Assembly (NCBI GenBank): GCA_001662655.1
Contig: KV460218.1
Reading direction: 5' to 3' (one strand)
Source of the DNA: Pseudogymnoascus verrucosus
Taxonomy: Eukaryota
Length of the DNA: 64,000 nt
Numbering within the stretch: the stretch's first letter is position 1; every line of letters begins with the position of its first letter. The notes below the pieces were generated by a model. The model had not been told where the DNA came from. It was given only the letters and a program-made list of their open reading frames with translations, and searched no databases. Made by a program: the position numbers and the translations under genes. Below, piece after piece: positions 61,712-64,000 of the stretch.

Positions 61712-62003
61712 TCGGCGGTTGATTATATTCGTGATTATTTATTAATAATCATAAGAAGCATGATTATTATTCCAGAGGCAAGTAATCATAATCATGACTA
61801 CCTATGGTTTTCAAAAACCAATAATCATCATCGTTAATATTCCTGGTTTTCAAAAGCACATAATCATAATAATAACTATTCGTGTTTTCGAAAGCTAATA
61901 ACCATCATCATCAATACCTATGCTTACAGATATATATTCATGGTTATATAAGATTTGAGTATTTAAATATCCATGATTATGATGATTATTCTTGCCAACC
62001 CCG
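61712..62003. mobile_element. MITE-like non-autonomous element (~290 bp)
   Basis: Flanking CCGAAAG direct repeat (61705, 62004), imperfect inverted ends, many ATAATCAT/ATGATTAT motifs and three GTTTTC(A/G)AAA-containing subrepeats. Confidence 0.5.
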
Positions 62004-62183
62004 CCGAAAGAAGGCCTGCAGTTTTTAAATCTGTTATTTAATCATACCTACTTTGACCACCTTAATTTCTTGCCGTGACATGGAAGCTGAAATGATAATC
62101 AGCCATCCTCCCACCACCGCCCTCAAACCATCTACTTTCACACAGAACATCTATATTTAGTCCCCGACATACACATGACTATC

Positions 62184-62249
62184 AAATACGACCATAGACT
62201 CAAGAGAATTGGGCATCCCGTCCGCTCTGCCATACACAAGCTTGTAATC
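62184..62249 (+). rRNA. 5' half (~66 nt) of a dispersed 5S rRNA gene; truncated or split
   Basis: AAATACGACCATAGACTCAAGAGAATTGGGCATCCCGTCCGCTCTGCCATACACAAGCTTGTAATC matches the ascomycete 5S 5' half. TATA-like box ~30 nt upstream. The 3' half (TTAGTAGTTGGG...) was not seen in the window. Confidence 0.85.
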
Positions 62250-63847
62250 TACTCGCTCTATACTCTCAATCGTGCCAATAGGCATAGCGTGGAATTTGGG
62301 CCCCTTGCCGCTTTGAAGGGTAAAGCGAAGGGTGAGCAGGGTGAGCAGTGCGTGAGCAGGGTGAGCATAATGGGGCGAAGTGAACTTTTCGTGTCATTTT
62401 CGCGTTACTTTCGCGTTAGACTGAAGTTTAGCCCTTAGTTTAAAACACCATGTAAGGCATTGCTCTCTTAACCTTTCCCAAGGTGATTCGTCATTGACCG
62501 AGCCACGAAAGTAGAGACTCTACGCTTAGCTCGCTCTCACAAAAGTTGTGATCGGCGATTAGCTTGTTGCGGAAGATATTCACAGAGAGGAATAAGAGGC
62601 TTCAAGAATTGAACCTACTTACCGCTTCAAATACAACGAGGGAGACATTTCTTACAAGTCCCCATCAATAGACTCGACAAATCTCGGTCATTCTCCTAGC
62701 CAAGTGTAACTTCACACGCAACAAACCACATCAACGGTCTCTCGATCTGCTGGAATATTGTTATTCCGTAGCCGCTAATGCGTGGCTATCACATCTCATC
62801 ACGAGCGTGAAGAAAACGTGGACTCCAACTATTGGAGCAATTGGAGCCTATGATGAGGAGGTAATACTAGCTATCTCATTACCATGTGGTCCTCTGTTCG
62901 TTGGAGCTACGCCATCGTATCACCACCTATGCCGCGCCAACAACGCTCTCTCAAGTCTGACTCGATTCAGTTCTGGGTGGTCTTCATCGAAGAGACTTAG
63001 GTTCCCAGCCCACGGGGAGGTACGAGTCGTCGCAGGCCTACAACGATTAGGCCGTACACTGTAGACATGTGCAATGGACCTAATGACACATGCCTTCGCC
63101 CGCTTCGCTTGGGGGGCGCCGGCGTTGACAGGAGTGCCAGATTTGCCAAAGCGGATAATGCGTAGCGCCTAAATCCCCTAGTTTATACTAGCGGTGCGAA
63201 CCGAAGTCCTACCTTAAGCGGTTACACTCTGCAGGTGCAGCTGAGGGTGGATCGCCGCTGTCGATAAAGTGACTTGCGCAAGTCTCCGCGCGCCTGCCAC
63301 TTGTGGCGTCCTCCTTGTGGTTGGTGTGGTATGATGATTTTGGGGGTTACACAGCAGGAACACGTGCCAGACAACGTCAAAAATCATCGTGGCGAACAAC
63401 AAAATTGAATCTTTTGTTTCTAAGCCTTCCTTCAGCCATCAAGCAGCCTTGCGCCCGCAATCTGATATAGTTGGATTTACCTTCTTGAGCCAGAAAGCAA
63501 GGTTTCGAGGACCAGCTTAATAATCAGATCAAGATTTCCGATCCCGACAATACTCAACGATCGAAGGCCAGCCTTAAAGTATCTATGAGCCTATTCCAGC
63601 TGGTGATCCGAAGCATCAAAATAGGAAAAGATTAATGATAGTTGGCTAGTCTCGCTAAGAAGAAGAGCTGTCTGGCACCATTGCCCACGAGTCTGTTAGT
63701 ATGTAGGATTCGCAAACCCTTATTAATGGAAACACTGCCAAAGGCCCTATCACTAACTATCCCAACATGTTCGCTGTCCCGAAGTCAACTAGCTAAGAAT
63801 ATCAAGGACTAGCCCTTGCTAGACAGCCAGATTGTCCAGTCGTTAGG

Positions 63848-64000
63848 ATGAACCACAATGGCCCAGATAATTATGTTAGAAACCACGCATTGCAGGACTA
63901 CCAGATGCACTTGATGTTGCTTGAGCAGCAAAAGAAAAGAAGATTATTAATGGCAAAAGAAGCTCTTAAAGAGCAAGATACTGCGCTACAGACAATTACT
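63848..64000 (+). CDS. Partial ORF carrying the Som1/Flo8-type HALQDYQMxLMLLEQQ motif; runs off the window; true start uncertain
   Basis: Open frame MNHNGPDNYVRNHALQDYQMHLMLLEQQKKRRLLMAKE... Confidence 0.6.
   Translation, partial: MNHNGPDNYVRNHALQDYQMHLMLLEQQKKRRLLMAKEALKEQDTALQTIT

Noticed and set aside
62250..63760. Search for a DUF3435 captain gene next to the split 5S
   Set aside because: No long ORF or recognisable recombinase motif on either strand within the window.

Overview
This window is from a filamentous ascomycete (Pezizomycotina). It shows short GT-AG introns with CTAAC/CTGAC branch sites and RIP-type C>T/G>A mutation. A Leotiomycete such as Pseudogymnoascus is a guess from sequence style only. 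Bases 1-20.3 kb are a RIP-damaged nest of transposons: two Ty3/Gypsy families, a Fot1/pogo DNA transposon and further fragments. One Gypsy copy is full length (11205-18286, TTAGA target-site duplication, chromodomain). Bases 20.4-35 kb carry a ~1990-aa membrane protein of unknown function, an SREBP (SrbA/Sre1-type) bHLH gene, a PD-(D/E)XK-like protein and a Kelch membrane protein. Bases 35.6-50.4 kb look accessory: a Tc1 relic, two SDRs, an MDR reductase, a broken MFS transporter, a Zn2Cys6 regulator, a small secreted protein and an F-box-like protein. Core genes PMA1 and YHM2 follow, then a MITE-like element and a 5S rRNA gene that breaks off at about nt 66. Main leads: (i) an antisense six-cysteine/coiled-coil ORF inside the retrotransposon, with GGYRCC arrays in the LTR U3; (ii) tRNA-independent self-priming signatures in both Gypsy families; (iii) the split 5S gene as a possible Starship-type giant-element boundary; (iv) a shared repeated DNA motif linking three intergenic regions of the oxidoreductase cluster.
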